In this document: one piece after another, positions 13,701-25,463 of the stretch
Numbering within the stretch: the stretch's first letter is position 1
Layout of the letters: each line of letters opens with the position of its first letter
NCBI GenBank assembly: GCA_030141605.1
Contig: JAQGDQ010000905.1
Span: 1 to 64,000, forward strand
Direction: 5' to 3'
Length of the DNA: 64,000 nt
Origin: Tubiluchus corallicola
Lineage: Eukaryota; Animalia; Priapulida
Translations under genes and position numbers: made by a program
Notes under the pieces: model-generated
Told to the model about the DNA's origin: nothing
Seen by the model: only the letters and a program-made list of their open reading frames with translations
Database searches by the model: none

Positions 13701-15662
13701 TTTTAACCTCCATTTTGACCTTAGATTGGTGAATCAGAGTGTGTTAACCTCCATTTTGACCTTAGTTTGGTGAGTCAGAGTGTGTTAACCTCCATTTTGA
13801 CCTTAGATTGGGGAATCAGAGTGTGTTAACCTCCATTTTGACCTTAGATTGGTGAATCAGAGTGTTTTAACCTCCATTTTGACCTTAGGTTGGTGAATCA
13901 GAGTGTTTTAACCTCCATTTTGACCTTAGGTTGGTGAATCAGAGTGTGTTAACCTCCATTTTGACCTTAGGTTGGTGAGTCAGAGTGTTTTAACCTCCAT
14001 TTTGACCTTAGGTTGGTGAATCAGAGTGTGTTAACCTCCATTTTGACCTTAGGTTGGTGAGTCAGAGTGTGTTAACCTCCATTTTGACCTTAAGTTGGTG
14101 AATCAGAGTGTGTTAACCTCCATTTTGACCTTAGATTGGGGAATCAGAGTGTGTTAACCTCCATTTTGACCTTAGATTGGGGAATCAGAGTGTTTTAACC
14201 TCCATTTTGACCTTAGATTGGTGAATCAGAGTGTGTTAACCTCCATTTTGACCTTAGGTTGGTGAGTCAGAGTGTATTAACCTCCATTTTGATCTTAGAT
14301 TGGCGAATCAGAGTGCGTTAACCTCCATTTTGACCTTAAGTTGGTGAATCAGAGTGTGTTAACCTCCATTTTGACCTTAGGTTGGTGAATCAGAGTGTGT
14401 TAACCTCCATTTTGACCTTAAGTTGGTGAATCAGAGTGTGTTAACCTCCATTTTGACCTTAAGTTGGTGAATCAGAGTGTGTTAACCTCCATTTTGACCT
14501 TAAGTTGGTGAATCAGAGTGTTTTAACCTCCATTTTGACCTTAAGTTGGTGAATCAGAGTGTGTTAACCTCCATTTTGACCTTAAGTTGGTGAATCAGAG
14601 TGTGTTAACCTCCATTTTGACCTTAAGTTGGTGAATCAGAGTGTGTTAACCTCCATTTTGACCTTAAGTTGGTGAATCAGAGTGTGTTAACCTCCATTTT
14701 GACCTTAAGTTGGTGAATCAGAGTGTGTTAACCTCCATTTTGACCTTAAGTTGGTGAATCAGAGTGTTTTAACCTCCATTTTGACCTTAAGTTGGTGAAT
14801 CAGAGTGTGTTAACCTCCATTTTGACCTTAAGTTGGTGAATCAGAGTGTGTTAACCTCCATTATGACCTTAGGTTGGTGAGTCAGAGTGTATTAACCTCC
14901 ATTTTGACCTTAAGTTGGTGAGTCAGAGTGTGTTAACCTCCATTTTGACCTTAAGTTGGTGAATCAGAGTGTGTTAACCTCCATTTTGACCTTAGGTTGG
15001 TGAGTCAGAGTGTGTTAACCTCCATTTTGACCTTAAGTTGGTGAATCAGAGTGTGTTAACCTCCATTTTGACCTTAGGTTGGTGAATCAGAGTGTGTTAA
15101 CCTCCATTTTGATCTTAGGTTGGTGAGTCAGAGTGTGTTAACCTCCATTTTGGCCTTAGGTTGGTGAGTCAGAGGGTGCCAATGATACCACCATCACTTG
15201 CAATATGTCCAGCGTGTGCCATGTGGGACAAAACGTTGTAAATTCGCCAATACAACGCTTGTGAGACGGTTTAATCTAGTGGCAACGCTTCTGCTTTACG
15301 TCTGGGAGGTCGTGAGTTCGATACAGGGGCTGGGTCATACCAAAGACTTTAAAAATGGTACCGCTGTTGCCCTGCCTGGCACGTAGTATTTAGGGTAAAG
15401 GGGGGTAATAATAGTCTCTGTTATGTAAGCATAGATTGTTATTTACAGTTGATTCAAAGATTCTTTGTAGATTATGTTAATTCTTCATCCAAAAAGCCCA
15501 CTTTAAATAATCATTATTACTGTTGTTGTTGTTGTTGTTGCTGCTGTTGCTGCTGTCTGCTGCTGCTGCTGTTGTTGTTGTTGTTGTTGTTGCTGCTGTT
15601 GTTGTTTTTGTTGTTGCTGCTGCTGCTGTTGTTGTTGTTGCTGTTGTTGCTGTTGTTGTTGT

Positions 15663-15693
<31 letters not shown>

Positions 15694-15699
15694 ATTGTT

Positions 15700-15730
<31 letters not shown>

Positions 15731-18700
15731 TTGCTGTTGTTGTTGTTGCTGCTGCTGCTGCTGTTGTTATTATCATTAAAAAATCCGAACTATAACATAT
15801 TTTAACTCGTCAAACCAAGACGACAAAAGGGTCACTAAGTGTCCGCTGTAGGGGTTTCAATTTAATCTTGTATTTTTTTCGTGAGTGAAACACTATCTTT
15901 TATTTTAAGTAAAACTCAAACAAATTATAACACTTTTTGAAACTGAAACTTTAGTTTCTTACGTGCGGATGACGCGAGTAATGGACCAACAGCTCAAGAC
16001 GCTTTTAACATAGCAGGATTTCGAATACCTGTGTCAACCAACGAAGAATCAGAACATCTCCGTTCTCAACAAAGGTAAAAAAGTTTTTCTGGTTTGCAAG
16101 AAATGCTTGCCTGTAACAAAATATAAATTTTAAGATTCATTTCTGTTGATTTTACGATGTAAACTATTGACCAAAATCGGATGTTTATGCGCGGACAAAC
16201 GAAAGATTATATTTCATTTAGGGCAGAGGTGTGCAAATTATCTGACTGGCCGGGCCACATTAAACTTTCCCGCAATTCCTGTGGGCCACAGACAGTTTGA
16301 TCAAGGAGCCAAGTACAGAAGGGCCTAATAATAATTTTTTTGCATCCGACCCGCGTACATCATTACTACTACTCAAGAAACTATTTTAGAAGTTATTAAA
16401 ATTTATATTACAAACCATATATTTCTACTTTCAGGACAGATAGTGGTAATTTCATTACAATGCATATTAGTAACGTGTATCACACAGTCTGTGTAGTACA
16501 GTGACATTAAGCTACAACCGTCTTGTAAAGGTTAATGGCATCTGATCTAGTAGAAAAAACTACCCGCACTATCTTTGGGATTGTGGCACGGACTTCAGCT
16601 GGATACACTCAATTAATCGCCCGGGCCGCACTTTCATTAGGTTGACAAATCTCTTTGCGGGCCGCACAAATTCTCTCAGCGCACAGCCCTGATTTAGGGG
16701 CTTGCCTGCTTACTTCATTGCTTAATTCTCTACCTGTCTGTCCGTCAGTTTTCCTGCTTGTAAGGCCAGACTCTTTCCTATGTTGTAAGTAGCCGGAGCG
16801 CTTTTGTTATTTTAACAACCGTAAATGACACTTTTTTATTTAGCAATTCCTCACGTCTCCCAGAAGCAGGTCCAATGCTGCCAAAGTCACATCTGGACTG
16901 TGGACTCTCGGCAGAAGAGAAAGCAAAACGGTTATATTTCACAAAAGCTGCTTCTGAAGAGGTATGTCAACTAAACTACCTGGATTAACTAACCTGGTGT
17001 TCTTACCTGAGGGATGACTTGGTTCTTTTAAAGTTGAATTCACCTAGGAGTCGAGATTGACATAAGTATGTATTTAGATAGGAAAGTAAGCAACGTCAAA
17101 GGTCAAAGAGAAAATCAGAGGTCAGGTTTCAAAGTCACTGTGTAACAGTCACTGAGAATGACTTGGGCCAACACAACAATCCTCTGATTTTCTTACTTGA
17201 TGTGAATTTGGAAACAATAAGTAGGGGTCGCTGGCAAGCTGAAAAGGCTGATGGGTAGCACTTCCAAATTTGAATAGCTTGTGGTTAATATGCCAAATCT
17301 GACTGGCTGATGGCAAAAACAACTTCATCTGATTGGCTGATGGCTAATACCTCCCAATCTTTGCTAACCTCGAAGGTTTGCATTTGGCAGTTTGTTATGC
17401 ACTTGAATTTGATTTTTCCAGGAGATACAAACTCACATTCTAGATGAACTAACACCAGCAGATGTTCGTGAACTTGTAGAAGCTGAAGACGAATTTTCCA
17501 GGAGAGGAAGTTCCGAAAGAATCTTTCCCAGTCCTACATCTCACAAGTACTTGAAGTATTTTGAAGAAAAACGATACAGTAACTTACTACTAGATGCTTG
17601 GACACAGAAGTACCACAATGACCATGAAAAAGGTAGGTTTTTGCTTCTTAGAAACAAGCATATTTGCCTCATTTTGCATTTTTCAGAAGTCCCTTGCCAA
17701 GACTAGAAGCAACCTGTAAGAAGAGAATTCCATGACTATTCTCATGGGATATGGCACACATGGGAAAAACGCAGGGATGATATTGCAATGTTTATAATAA
17801 TAAAAATAATGGCTTAAGAGACAAATGAAAATTTAAAACTAATTTGTTTAAAATTTTTCTACAAAATTTCGAGTTTCAACGGGTGTCATTTGATAACGAC
17901 CTGTGTTACTAAGTTCCAAATATTATGTTAAAGCTTTAGTTAACTCCATCAGGACCGCATCATTCAAAATAGGTCTTATAAGAGATATGGCTTTTGTGCT
18001 ACTGTACGAGCACAGAAATAACCAAATGATTACAAATTAGGTACTGTTCTATTCAGGAGCATCTCAGCTGTCCAATCATGCTATTTGTTTAAATATTTAT
18101 AAGTGATTTAATTGGATAAAATTAAAAAAACATGCCCTCTTCAGGCACTACAAATTAGCCTATTGAGTAGCTTGGTCTGGTGTACGCTTGCGTGAAAGTA
18201 CACACTACTTTATTGATCGCTTGCTTGCTACAGCCCAAGAGAACTACCTGCTGTACAGACCTCCAGGAAAAACCAACCGATCAGCCAAGGAGAAATTAAG
18301 GTCATTTCATTTCTTAATAGGAATTTCTCCTTAAAATAGAGTAGACTTGAGACCAAAGTTTATCAGAGTGTTGTGTCTGGATAGTTGAAATTTCCTACAT
18401 TAGCTGATTTCAAACAAGTGATACTGTACATTGTTACAGTGCAAACAATGCAGTTACTGAAAGCTTTTTTTCAATTTTTCCATCAAAAATCGATTTTTAC
18501 CTTGTCTAAGGTAAGCAAACGCATTGCTTAGTGAGACTAGTTTTAATTAGCTAATGCAAAATTCAACAAACGCTTACCGTCCCGAAGGAATTTAATCCAC
18601 TAAAGTGCTCGTCATGTTCTTAAATCGCTTCAAGACTGTGTTAGTTTATTGGTAGTTTGTTTACTATGAGTTAAATATCCATAGTCAAATGCCTGTAAAC

Positions 18701-18838
18701 AATTTAGAAAATGAAAAAAGGAAGAAGTTCACCACTAACCTGTACACAAATTCTGTTTTAGGTTGGCAGTTGTTAGAATCATATTGCAAGGAGAGATACC
18801 ACATCCGGAACCAACCTTGGGGCAGCGACAAATGCTGA
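4556..18838 (+). CDS. TTLL4: TTLL4-like tubulin-tyrosine-ligase-family ATP-grasp ligase, spliced gene (10 visible coding exons, ~433 aa; 5' part not found)
   Basis: Manually spliced GT-AG exons 4556-4750, 4935-5023, 6271-6399, 9811-9933, 12170-12271, 12356-12493, 15955-16074, 16844-16961, 17422-17632, 18762-18838 join in one open frame. Motifs HFPGS, WIYKP, QRYISKP, GLVRFA, FMHLTN, YGYDFMLD, WMLEVN, and the TTLL4/5-type LTPADVRELVEAEDEFSRRG..ERIFPS. Divergent paralog. Confidence 0.9.
4935..5023 (+). CDS. TTLL4: TTLL4-like exon (YTMFGGRGMAV...PVIIQR)
   Basis: gcAG acceptor, GTttgt donor; frame continuous with neighbouring exons. Confidence 0.85.
5535..5716. repeat. 26-bp tandem repeat, ~7 copies
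   Basis: Unit catggacactttctattctaacacag; abuts MITE left end. Confidence 0.92.
5715..6224. mobile_element. hAT-type MITE
   Basis: TIR cagtggcg../..cgccattg; 8-bp TSD TAACACAG on both sides; related partial copy ~30980-31208. Confidence 0.8.
6271..6399 (+). CDS. TTLL4: TTLL4-like exon (YISKPLLVEGYKFHIRIH...GLVRFASNK)
   Basis: ttctAG acceptor, GTaaga donor; TTL core motifs. Confidence 0.9.
6613..8120. mobile_element. Non-autonomous TIR DNA element with subterminal 20/60-bp tandem repeats
   Basis: Ends tataggttttacacgtcaaatgtagac / gtctacatttgagatgcaaaacctata; 60-bp array 6620-7503; inverted degenerate subunits ~7880-8110. Confidence 0.8.
8720..8975 (+). mobile_element. Interspersed LTR-like repeat fragment
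   Basis: Similar to ~9976-10395 and ~36265-37150 (tagccaatcag...gtgacttgggtagctct core). Confidence 0.6.
9012..9810. repeat. 61/62-bp alternating minisatellite, ~13 copies, ending at TTLL exon acceptor
   Basis: Dimeric 123-bp higher-order repeat; last copy ends tttcAG. Confidence 0.95.
9811..9933 (+). CDS. TTLL4: TTLL4-like exon (YSSKD...FMHLTNIDLNK...NYMW)
   Basis: tttcAG acceptor, GTatgt donor; HLTN motif. Confidence 0.88.
9976..10395 (+). mobile_element. Interspersed LTR-like repeat
   Basis: Starts tgtaattaagcatgtgctgccacct, like the LTR at 49782; homologous to 36265-37150 and 8720-8975. Confidence 0.55.
10491..11951. repeat. 59-bp pyrimidine-rich minisatellite, ~25 copies
   Basis: Period 59-60; explains the three overlapping repetitive ORFs. 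Confidence 0.95.
12170..12271 (+). CDS. TTLL4: TTLL4-like exon (TIKTFWQYLE...IQDMIIKQVI)
   Basis: ttcAG acceptor, GTattt donor; frame consistent. Confidence 0.85.
12356..12493 (+). CDS. TTLL4: TTLL4-like exon (HEIYGYDFMLD...PWMLEVN)
   Basis: tacAG acceptor, GTaagt donor; catalytic D and E-x-N. Confidence 0.9.
13018..15173. repeat. 41-bp minisatellite, ~52 copies
   Basis: Unit cttaagttggtgaatcagagtgtgttaacctccattttgac; degenerate relatives at ~12900-13017. Confidence 0.95.
15265..15400 (+). mobile_element. tRNA-derived SINE, probably Meta-domain type
   Basis: A-box-like tctagtgg and B-box gagttcgatac, followed by ggtcataccaaagactttaaaaatggtac (recalled MetaSINE central domain). Confidence 0.6.
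15518..15775. repeat. (GTT/GCT)n microsatellite
   Basis: Direct reading. Confidence 0.95.
15955..16074 (+). CDS. TTLL4: TTLL4-like exon (FLRADD...DAFNIAGFRIP...)
   Basis: tttAG acceptor, GTaaaa donor; D..N.AGF..P motif; frame consistent. Confidence 0.78.
16224..16691. mobile_element. hAT-type MITE
   Basis: TIR cagaggtgtgc/gcacagccctg; 8-bp TSD ATTTAGGG. Confidence 0.8.
16844..16961 (+). CDS. TTLL4: TTLL4-like exon (...LSAEEKAKRLYF...)
   Basis: tttAG acceptor, GTatgt donor; frame consistent. Confidence 0.8.
17422..17632 (+). CDS. TTLL4: TTLL4-like exon (ILDELTPADVRELVEAEDEFSRRG...KYHNDHEK)
   Basis: ttccAG acceptor, GTaggt donor; strong match to recalled TTLL4 C-terminal extension. Confidence 0.9.
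18762..18838 (+). CDS. TTLL4: TTLL4-like terminal exon (GWQLLESYCKERYHI...C*)
   Basis: ttttAG acceptor, TGA at 18836-18838; resembles recalled TTLL4 GVDLLRSWC; AATAAA from 19064. Confidence 0.78.
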
Positions 18839-19063
18839 TGATGATGATGGCAACGATACTGATTGTCGCACTGAACTGTAAACCACTGATGCTGATAACA
18901 ATTACCTCCTGCATTCTTTCTAGCTTTAATTTTGTTTTCCATTAGTAAATAAGAAAAAAGATTACTAATACATCTTCACTGACACTCGAACCCAGGTCTT
19001 CTTCTTTCCGGATAAATTTAAATCCAATTTAAATTTCCAATCTAAATTTTAATAATTGGTATA

Positions 19064-19345
19064 AATAAAAGCAATTATTATTCATTAAAAGAATAAGGGT
19101 TTAATCATTTGAATCAATAAAAGCAATTATTATTCATTAAAAGAATAAGGGTTTAATCATTTGAATCAATAAAAGCAATTATTATTCATTAAAAGAATAA
19201 GGGTTTAATCATTTGAATCAATAAAAGCAATTATTATTCATTAAAAGAATAAGGGTTTAATCATTTGAATCAATAAAAGCAATTATTATTCATTAAAAGA
19301 ATAAGGGTTTAATCATTTGAATCAATAAAAGCAATTATTATTCTT
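19064..19345 (+). repeat. 52-bp tandem repeat (~5.5 copies) carrying AATAAA in the TTLL 3' UTR
   Basis: AATAAA at 19064, 19116, 19168, 19220, 19272, 19324. Confidence 0.9.
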
Positions 19346-19688
19346 AAAAAAATTAATAGTCTTAATTATTTATATGAACAAACACGATTATTATTTATCG
19401 AAAGACTAGTGGATTTGATAATTCATATGAACAATGGCAATTATTGTTCATCAAAAGATTAATGGTTTTAACAATTCTTATGAATAAAACCAATCACTCT
19501 TCACCAAAAGAATTATGGCTGTTTAAAGCACTGTTGTTGTTGTTGTTGCTGCTGTTACTAAAGATATGTCACCAAAAGTGTATTCATATGCATTCGATTC
19601 AGTGTCATCGATGCCAGTGTTGTTGTCGTTATCGTCACCAACATCAAATAACTAAGTTTCAACTTCTAACTTTTCCAGTACTGTTACC

Positions 19689-20028
19689 CAGGGCCTATTT
19701 CAAGGGGGGGGGGGGGGGGGAAGTGGGGATACTTCCCCGGGGCCTCACTCTCCTGGGGGGCCTCGCGCCAAGATAATATTTTTTTTGCTTTATGCGAACA
19801 TACTGCCTCCTCTCTCTCTCTTGCCGCACGTGCGTCGTTTGCCAGTATTGACAAGTATTAAGGACTGGTCTTGAGAATAAAGCAGTTTTTCTTTCAATTG
19901 TTCTTTGCTTTAACAACTGTATAACTCCATATTTTCTCTTCGAAAATGCTTCTCCGGCGTTCTAGCAGTTCAAAAATTTCTCACACGCCCCACTTCCCCG
20001 GGCCTCGCTTAGGCTGAAATAGGCCCTG
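19689..20028. mobile_element. hAT-type MITE
   Basis: TIR cagggcctatttca/tgaaataggccctg; 8-bp TSD CTGTTACC. Confidence 0.85.
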
Positions 20029-21364
20029 CTGTTACCGCAATTGCTATGACTCTTACACGTGATTTGCCTAGGAGTTTATTGTTAGCTAGTTTGTACAGGC
20101 AGGTGAATAGCCGAGTGGCCAAGTCTCAGCCTTGCAACCGAAGTTTGCATTTATGTTCATTTACGTTAATTAAAACAACCATTATGTTACACTTTGCCAA
20201 AGTGTAAAGTTATAGTATTAGTTATAATTATTATACAAAAATATCTAGGAAATGTTTGATTTTACATAAATTGTTAATTTTACACTTTGCTTTAGATTCT
20301 GCATAATTTATAAAGTTAATTTATAAGATTCTGTTTTAGTAACACACCGCAATAAGTTATTGTCAAATGCCCAGTTAAAGTCAACGTGGCCCACTCGAAA
20401 AGCAACTACGCAGTGAAAGGGTTAAAATGCTATTTTAAAATAACTATTAAAATCCATTTTTTTTTTAATTATTATGTACAGCACAGCGTAATTCATTCAA
20501 AATATCTGCTTGTATCCTAAACAAGAGGGCAGCTAACACCATTTCATAGTACATTTAATGAAAAAGAGAGGCGTACATTGGCCTTCTGCCAAGAAAACGC
20601 AACGTCGTCCAACAGACAACATTTACATCCTTAAGAAAAGCTTGGAGCTGGTGACTCACTGCCTGTGTGATGACATTGCTTATTATATCACGTGACATAA
20701 TATATTTAAAGTATGACAATGCTTATAAAAATACATGTTGATTTTGATTGTATATTATGACTACATGATTGTTTTAAATATTTTTTATAATATTTCTTTC
20801 CACTTCAAGAAATGTATTTTTACGAAACTTATCCACAGAAAAAAACAAAATTAAGGAAAATTAAACAAAATCATAATTAAAAAAAACCTTGTGCATTCTA
20901 ACCACAAGTTTTTATTTCATTTCCAAAGATAAAGTTTCAACTTACAATTTAATACTCTTTTTATTCCGAATTACACATACGGGGTATCATAATCTTTTCA
21001 GTGCTTAGGGCTCGTGAGGTCTTATTCCGACCGTGGTTGCACTGCTGAACTATTTATTAAGAATATTTTTAGAAAGGTAATTGCATCAACGAGGGAAGGG
21101 AGGTTTGTTTGCTATAAGACGAAGTATGATTGACAGTTGACATTTTAGTACTAACATAAAGAATTGAGTGCATGGTAAACATTAACCGGCCACCGTTGCA
21201 TTATGAACAGGTAAAGTAGATATTACACCAGGTGTGACAGGTGCTGATTAATCATGACCTTTAACAGTCATGCAGTTTAAGACAATAGTAACAAATTGTG
21301 TAAAACAAGCCTCATTACAGAAATAACGGCAGTAACTGTTTAGGGGACTAGCAGAATCAGCTTT

Positions 21365-21710
21365 TATATATATGGTACATCGAAAAAATTGTTATTTACT
21401 ATATGACAGAAGTAATTCGTTTCTATATTTTGATACTAGTGTTTTAATGGATGTAGGAATATGGTATATATTTTATATATATGGTACATATGCAAAAACA
21501 AAATGCTGCTGTTTGGCTTTCTGTGGGGGAAGAATGTTTAAAAATTGTAAGTTATTTATTATATGACCGAAGTAATTCGTTTCTATATTTTGATACTATT
21601 TTGATACTAGTGTTTTAATGGATGTAGGAATATGGTATATATTTTATATATATGGTACATATGCAAAAACAAAATGCTGCTGTTTGGCTTTCTGTGAGGG
21701 AAGAATGTTA
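21365..21710. repeat. Direct tandem duplication (~180 bp, 2 copies)
   Basis: 21400-21540 repeated at ~21560-21708. Confidence 0.8.
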
Positions 21711-21869
21711 CGGGGGCCCTAGTGTTGAAATTATGAACATCAGATATTTTCGTAAAATAGTTGCTATATAAATAGGGTAATGTTCCCGAGTGATACAGTT
21801 ATCTATAAATTAGATATTTCAGGACCGGAAAAACTGTCTCTAATATATCCGGTGTCCCTTATAGCCGAA

Positions 21870-22258
21870 GCTGAGTCAGGCCGAGGGTGTATCTAGACGT
21901 ATACTTTCCCCATGGATTATTGCTACACATTCAGTACAAACGGTATGTAGGAAGCTCCTTCAGTGATGCGAGATGTATGTGACCGCGGAAACCGAGCTGT
22001 TTGAAGGCCGAGTTTGCGAAAAATTGAGGTCAAAAATCGATCAATTTCGCTTTGATCACAGAGCCCTTTATTTGAGAGGTAATTTACCTGGGTTTCTATT
22101 ACGCAGGACCTGAAGACATGGTCCCTTATAACCGAAAGTCCCTTATATGCGAGTGCCTTATATACGAAGATTTTTACATAGGAAAAACGTTACGAAAAAT
22201 TGGGACCTGTGTTGGTGGTCCCTTATAAGCCAGTACGTTATACCCAAGGTTGACTGTA
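21870..22258. mobile_element. Tc1/pogo-type non-autonomous element, one end
   Basis: Ends aggttgactg|ta with ccttata subterminal motifs; second copy at 27588-27901. Confidence 0.6.
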
Positions 22259-23826
22259 CATATATTTGCATAGCACTTATATACAAGCAGGCTGCACAAA
22301 TGCTTGTTGTGTAATACCTTGCACCTGTTCGTTATGTGACACTTATATAAAAGATGCTTTCAGTAACTGCCTGTGGTGTGTTGTAAAATACACACTTTCC
22401 GAAAAGTATACACATTTTCCGAAGAGAATTTTTTCTAAAATGTGACGTCCTTCAAACTTTGGTGCCCTTGGCTATAGGCTAGTTATGCTATTGGTTAATA
22501 CACCCTTGAAAGTTTACTGTTTAATGATATCTCATTTCACCCAGGAATAAAAATATTGCTAAAAACTGGCAGATAACTTACGGTATGTGGACGTTAAAAG
22601 CCTGACTAAAAACTATGCAAATAGCATACATAGCACACAACAGATGGCAGCACCATACACAAACTAAGCAAACTGGCCTAATGAGTTAACCAGACATAAT
22701 TATGAGGAAATCAGAATCAGATAAACCTTTCATAAGCACATGTGAATAGACACAAAGCTAAATGAACTTTAGATTACAGAAGTAAGGACGATTTAGCGTC
22801 GATTCTAACATATACGTATGTGTTTCTCCACATTTTTAAGTTTTCTCTATATTCATTGTAACTGCAATATGCATAACGACACTTATTTGTTAGAAGGTGC
22901 TGCCCTCTACGAGTGAGGAGGAAAGGACAGGAGGAGAACAATGATGGTCGCGTTTCATTCGCAGCAATGTTTTTATCGTTATTGTGTTATAGTTAATAAC
23001 AGCGTTTAGTTATAACCAAATTTTGTATCTTGAGAAATTTTAAATCTTGACGAAAAGCCAACGATGTAAGTTACATGAATTTAAATAATTTAATTAAGTT
23101 ATGAATTCAATCTCTGAAATTTGAGAAAGTACTTTTGCCAATAAGTTGACTTCTTCGTAATTATTAAGCTTCTGTTTATCATTTTATTTATTTTCTTACT
23201 TGTTAATGTTCTCTTTATTATTCTCTTTAGAATAAACGACTTTGGAACATGAATCAAATAATGAAGGCTTTCTGTACATAACATTCATAGTTTTGAATCT
23301 ATTTTTTCTCTTTTTATTCATAGTTTTGAAGAAAAACGTAATCAACACACAATTTTTTTAAAGATTGCTTTACATTGGTCCTAACCTAAAAGTTTTTCAT
23401 ATAAGGACACACTGCCAACCCTGCTAAAGTGAACTCGCACTAAGTCGGAGTCTCGAACTGATGTGTGATTTAACACAGCTTTACGAACATTTACACGCAT
23501 GCGCAAACACGCACATTAAGGTAAGCCAGTCATAGATGTGCACAATTATGGCCAAACTTGTGGTAAGTTTCTCACCATTTTGGTCGCCGGCCGAGAATCC
23601 GACGACGTTAAACATGTCATTCACCTCGAATAACATCTTTCTGACGATGCCCTTAGTATCCTGATCCTCCGAACATGATCACCTTAGGTAGTTGCCATGG
23701 TATCAGTGACCGGAAGAAGCTGCTCAGGTGGTGTATGGTGATGTTCTCGTGTCGTCGGAGTTTGTTGACTTCAGGAGAACATCTGAGGTATCTGAATTAC
23801 AACATTTGCAAAAATACATCAGTTTA

Positions 23827-24555
23827 TGAATGATGAATGTAGGTGGCAGCACCAGTGTCTTCCTAAGGACCACGTAAATTCAGTTTCTGATTGACAAAAT
23901 CTGAATGATGAATGTAGGTGGTGACACCAGTGTCTTCCTAAGGACCACGTAAATTCAGTTTCTGATTGACAAAATCTGAATGATGAATGTAGGTGGCGAC
24001 ACCAGTGTCTTCCTAAGGACCACGTAAATTCAGTTTCTGATTGACAAAATCTGAATGATGAATGTAGGTGGCGACACCAGTGTCTTCCTAATGACCACGT
24101 AAATTCAGTTTCTGATTGACAAAATGTGAATGATGAATGTAGGTGGCGACACCAGTGTCTTCCTAAGGAGCACGTAAATTCAGTTAATGATTGACAAAAT
24201 CTGAATGATGAATGTAGGTGGCGACACCAGTGTCTTCCTAAGGACCACGTAAATTCAGTTTCTGATTGACACAATGTGAATGATGAATGTAGGTGGCGAC
24301 ACCAGTGTCTTCCTAAGGACCACGTAAATTCAGTTTCTGATTGACAAAATCTGAATGATGAATGTAGGTGGCGACACCAGTGTCTTCCTAAGGACCACGT
24401 AAATGCAGCTTCTGATTGACAAAATCTGAATGATGAATGTAGGTGGCGACACCAGTGTCTTCCTAATGACCACGTAAATTCAGTTTCTGATTGACAAAAT
24501 CTGAATGATGAATGTAGGTGGCGACACCAGTGTCTTCCTAAGGAGCACGTAAATT
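23827..24555. repeat. 75-bp minisatellite, ~10 copies, near FBXO4 exon acceptor
   Basis: Period 75; each unit has TAGGTGGCGACA or a close variant. Confidence 0.93.
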
Positions 24556-25251
24556 AATCATAAAAGATTCATTTTAAAAGCACCAGGCGGGTTGAATGGG
24601 ACGAATAAGAGTGAAAAAAGAAAACATGGCATTATGACAACTCGAGTAGGGTTTGTTATCAACTTTATAAAATGGCTGCAGTCACAATGACGCTTATGGT
24701 GCAATACAATTTAATCTCGAGAGCGTAATTTTGTAGATTTTAATTTGGTAATTTTATTAGATAAAAAAATGAAATTGTAGTTATTATTTGTGGCTGAGAA
24801 GGCCTTGCAAACTGAGATGCGACCTGGTAGCCTCTTGATTAGTAGGTAAATGTACTCCCATAATTAGTGTGCAAATGATTTTATTACTTATTTGTGATGT
24901 TTTGGATGATTCCTGGGACTTTTTTCCACACTATGGCCCAAATGCGAGGTCAGTTTTTCATCAAGTGTGGTCTTGAGTGAATGGGATACCAGGTTGTCTC
25001 GTACAGTTTTGTCAGTCTGATATCTTTTACTGCCAGTCACTGGCACCTTTTTCACATGAACTTAGTGTCCTGAAGTTAATGTCAATCAAAAATCCTGATA
25101 CTAGCAACAAATCAAAAACTACACTGTCGAGAATTGAACTCACGAACTTTAGATTATGAGACTTTACTCTTAACTGATCAAACTAACATTATGCCTCGCA
25201 TCGTTACATTTCCTTCAGTGCCATGAACACTTACTGAGTACTGCAACTCAC

Positions 25252-25463
25252 ATTTCTTTAGTCGACCAATCAGATTCAACCTCGGCATACATGTCAGGGT
25301 TGGTCACACTACCAATCACATCCCAGGAATGGATGTCTCTGTTTAAATGGGTTCTCCACAGCATGTTATCACAGGAGAGCATGTTCCATTGTTTTGACAC
25401 CACGGCCACGTTGCACAGTTCAGCTGAAGTCAAGAATGACAAGATGTGTAGTTGAACTTGTAC
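25252..25463 (-). CDS. FBXO4: F-box domain exon of FBXO4-like gene
   Basis: tttgcAG acceptor, GTgagt donor; F-box consensus ILSFL...L..V..VSKQW......LW. Confidence 0.8.

Noticed and set aside
3277-15173. CRISPR-like regular arrays
   Set aside because: No unique spacers; units are contiguous near-identical copies in eukaryotic introns
15449-15805. Poly-Leu/Val/Thr ORFs (also 26705-27558, 30182-30652, 33317-33865, 47627-48172)
   Set aside because: Microsatellite or low-complexity translations
18763-18945. ORF-track 60-aa ORF as the TTLL last exon
   Set aside because: Splice phase gives the GWQLLESYC frame ending at 18838
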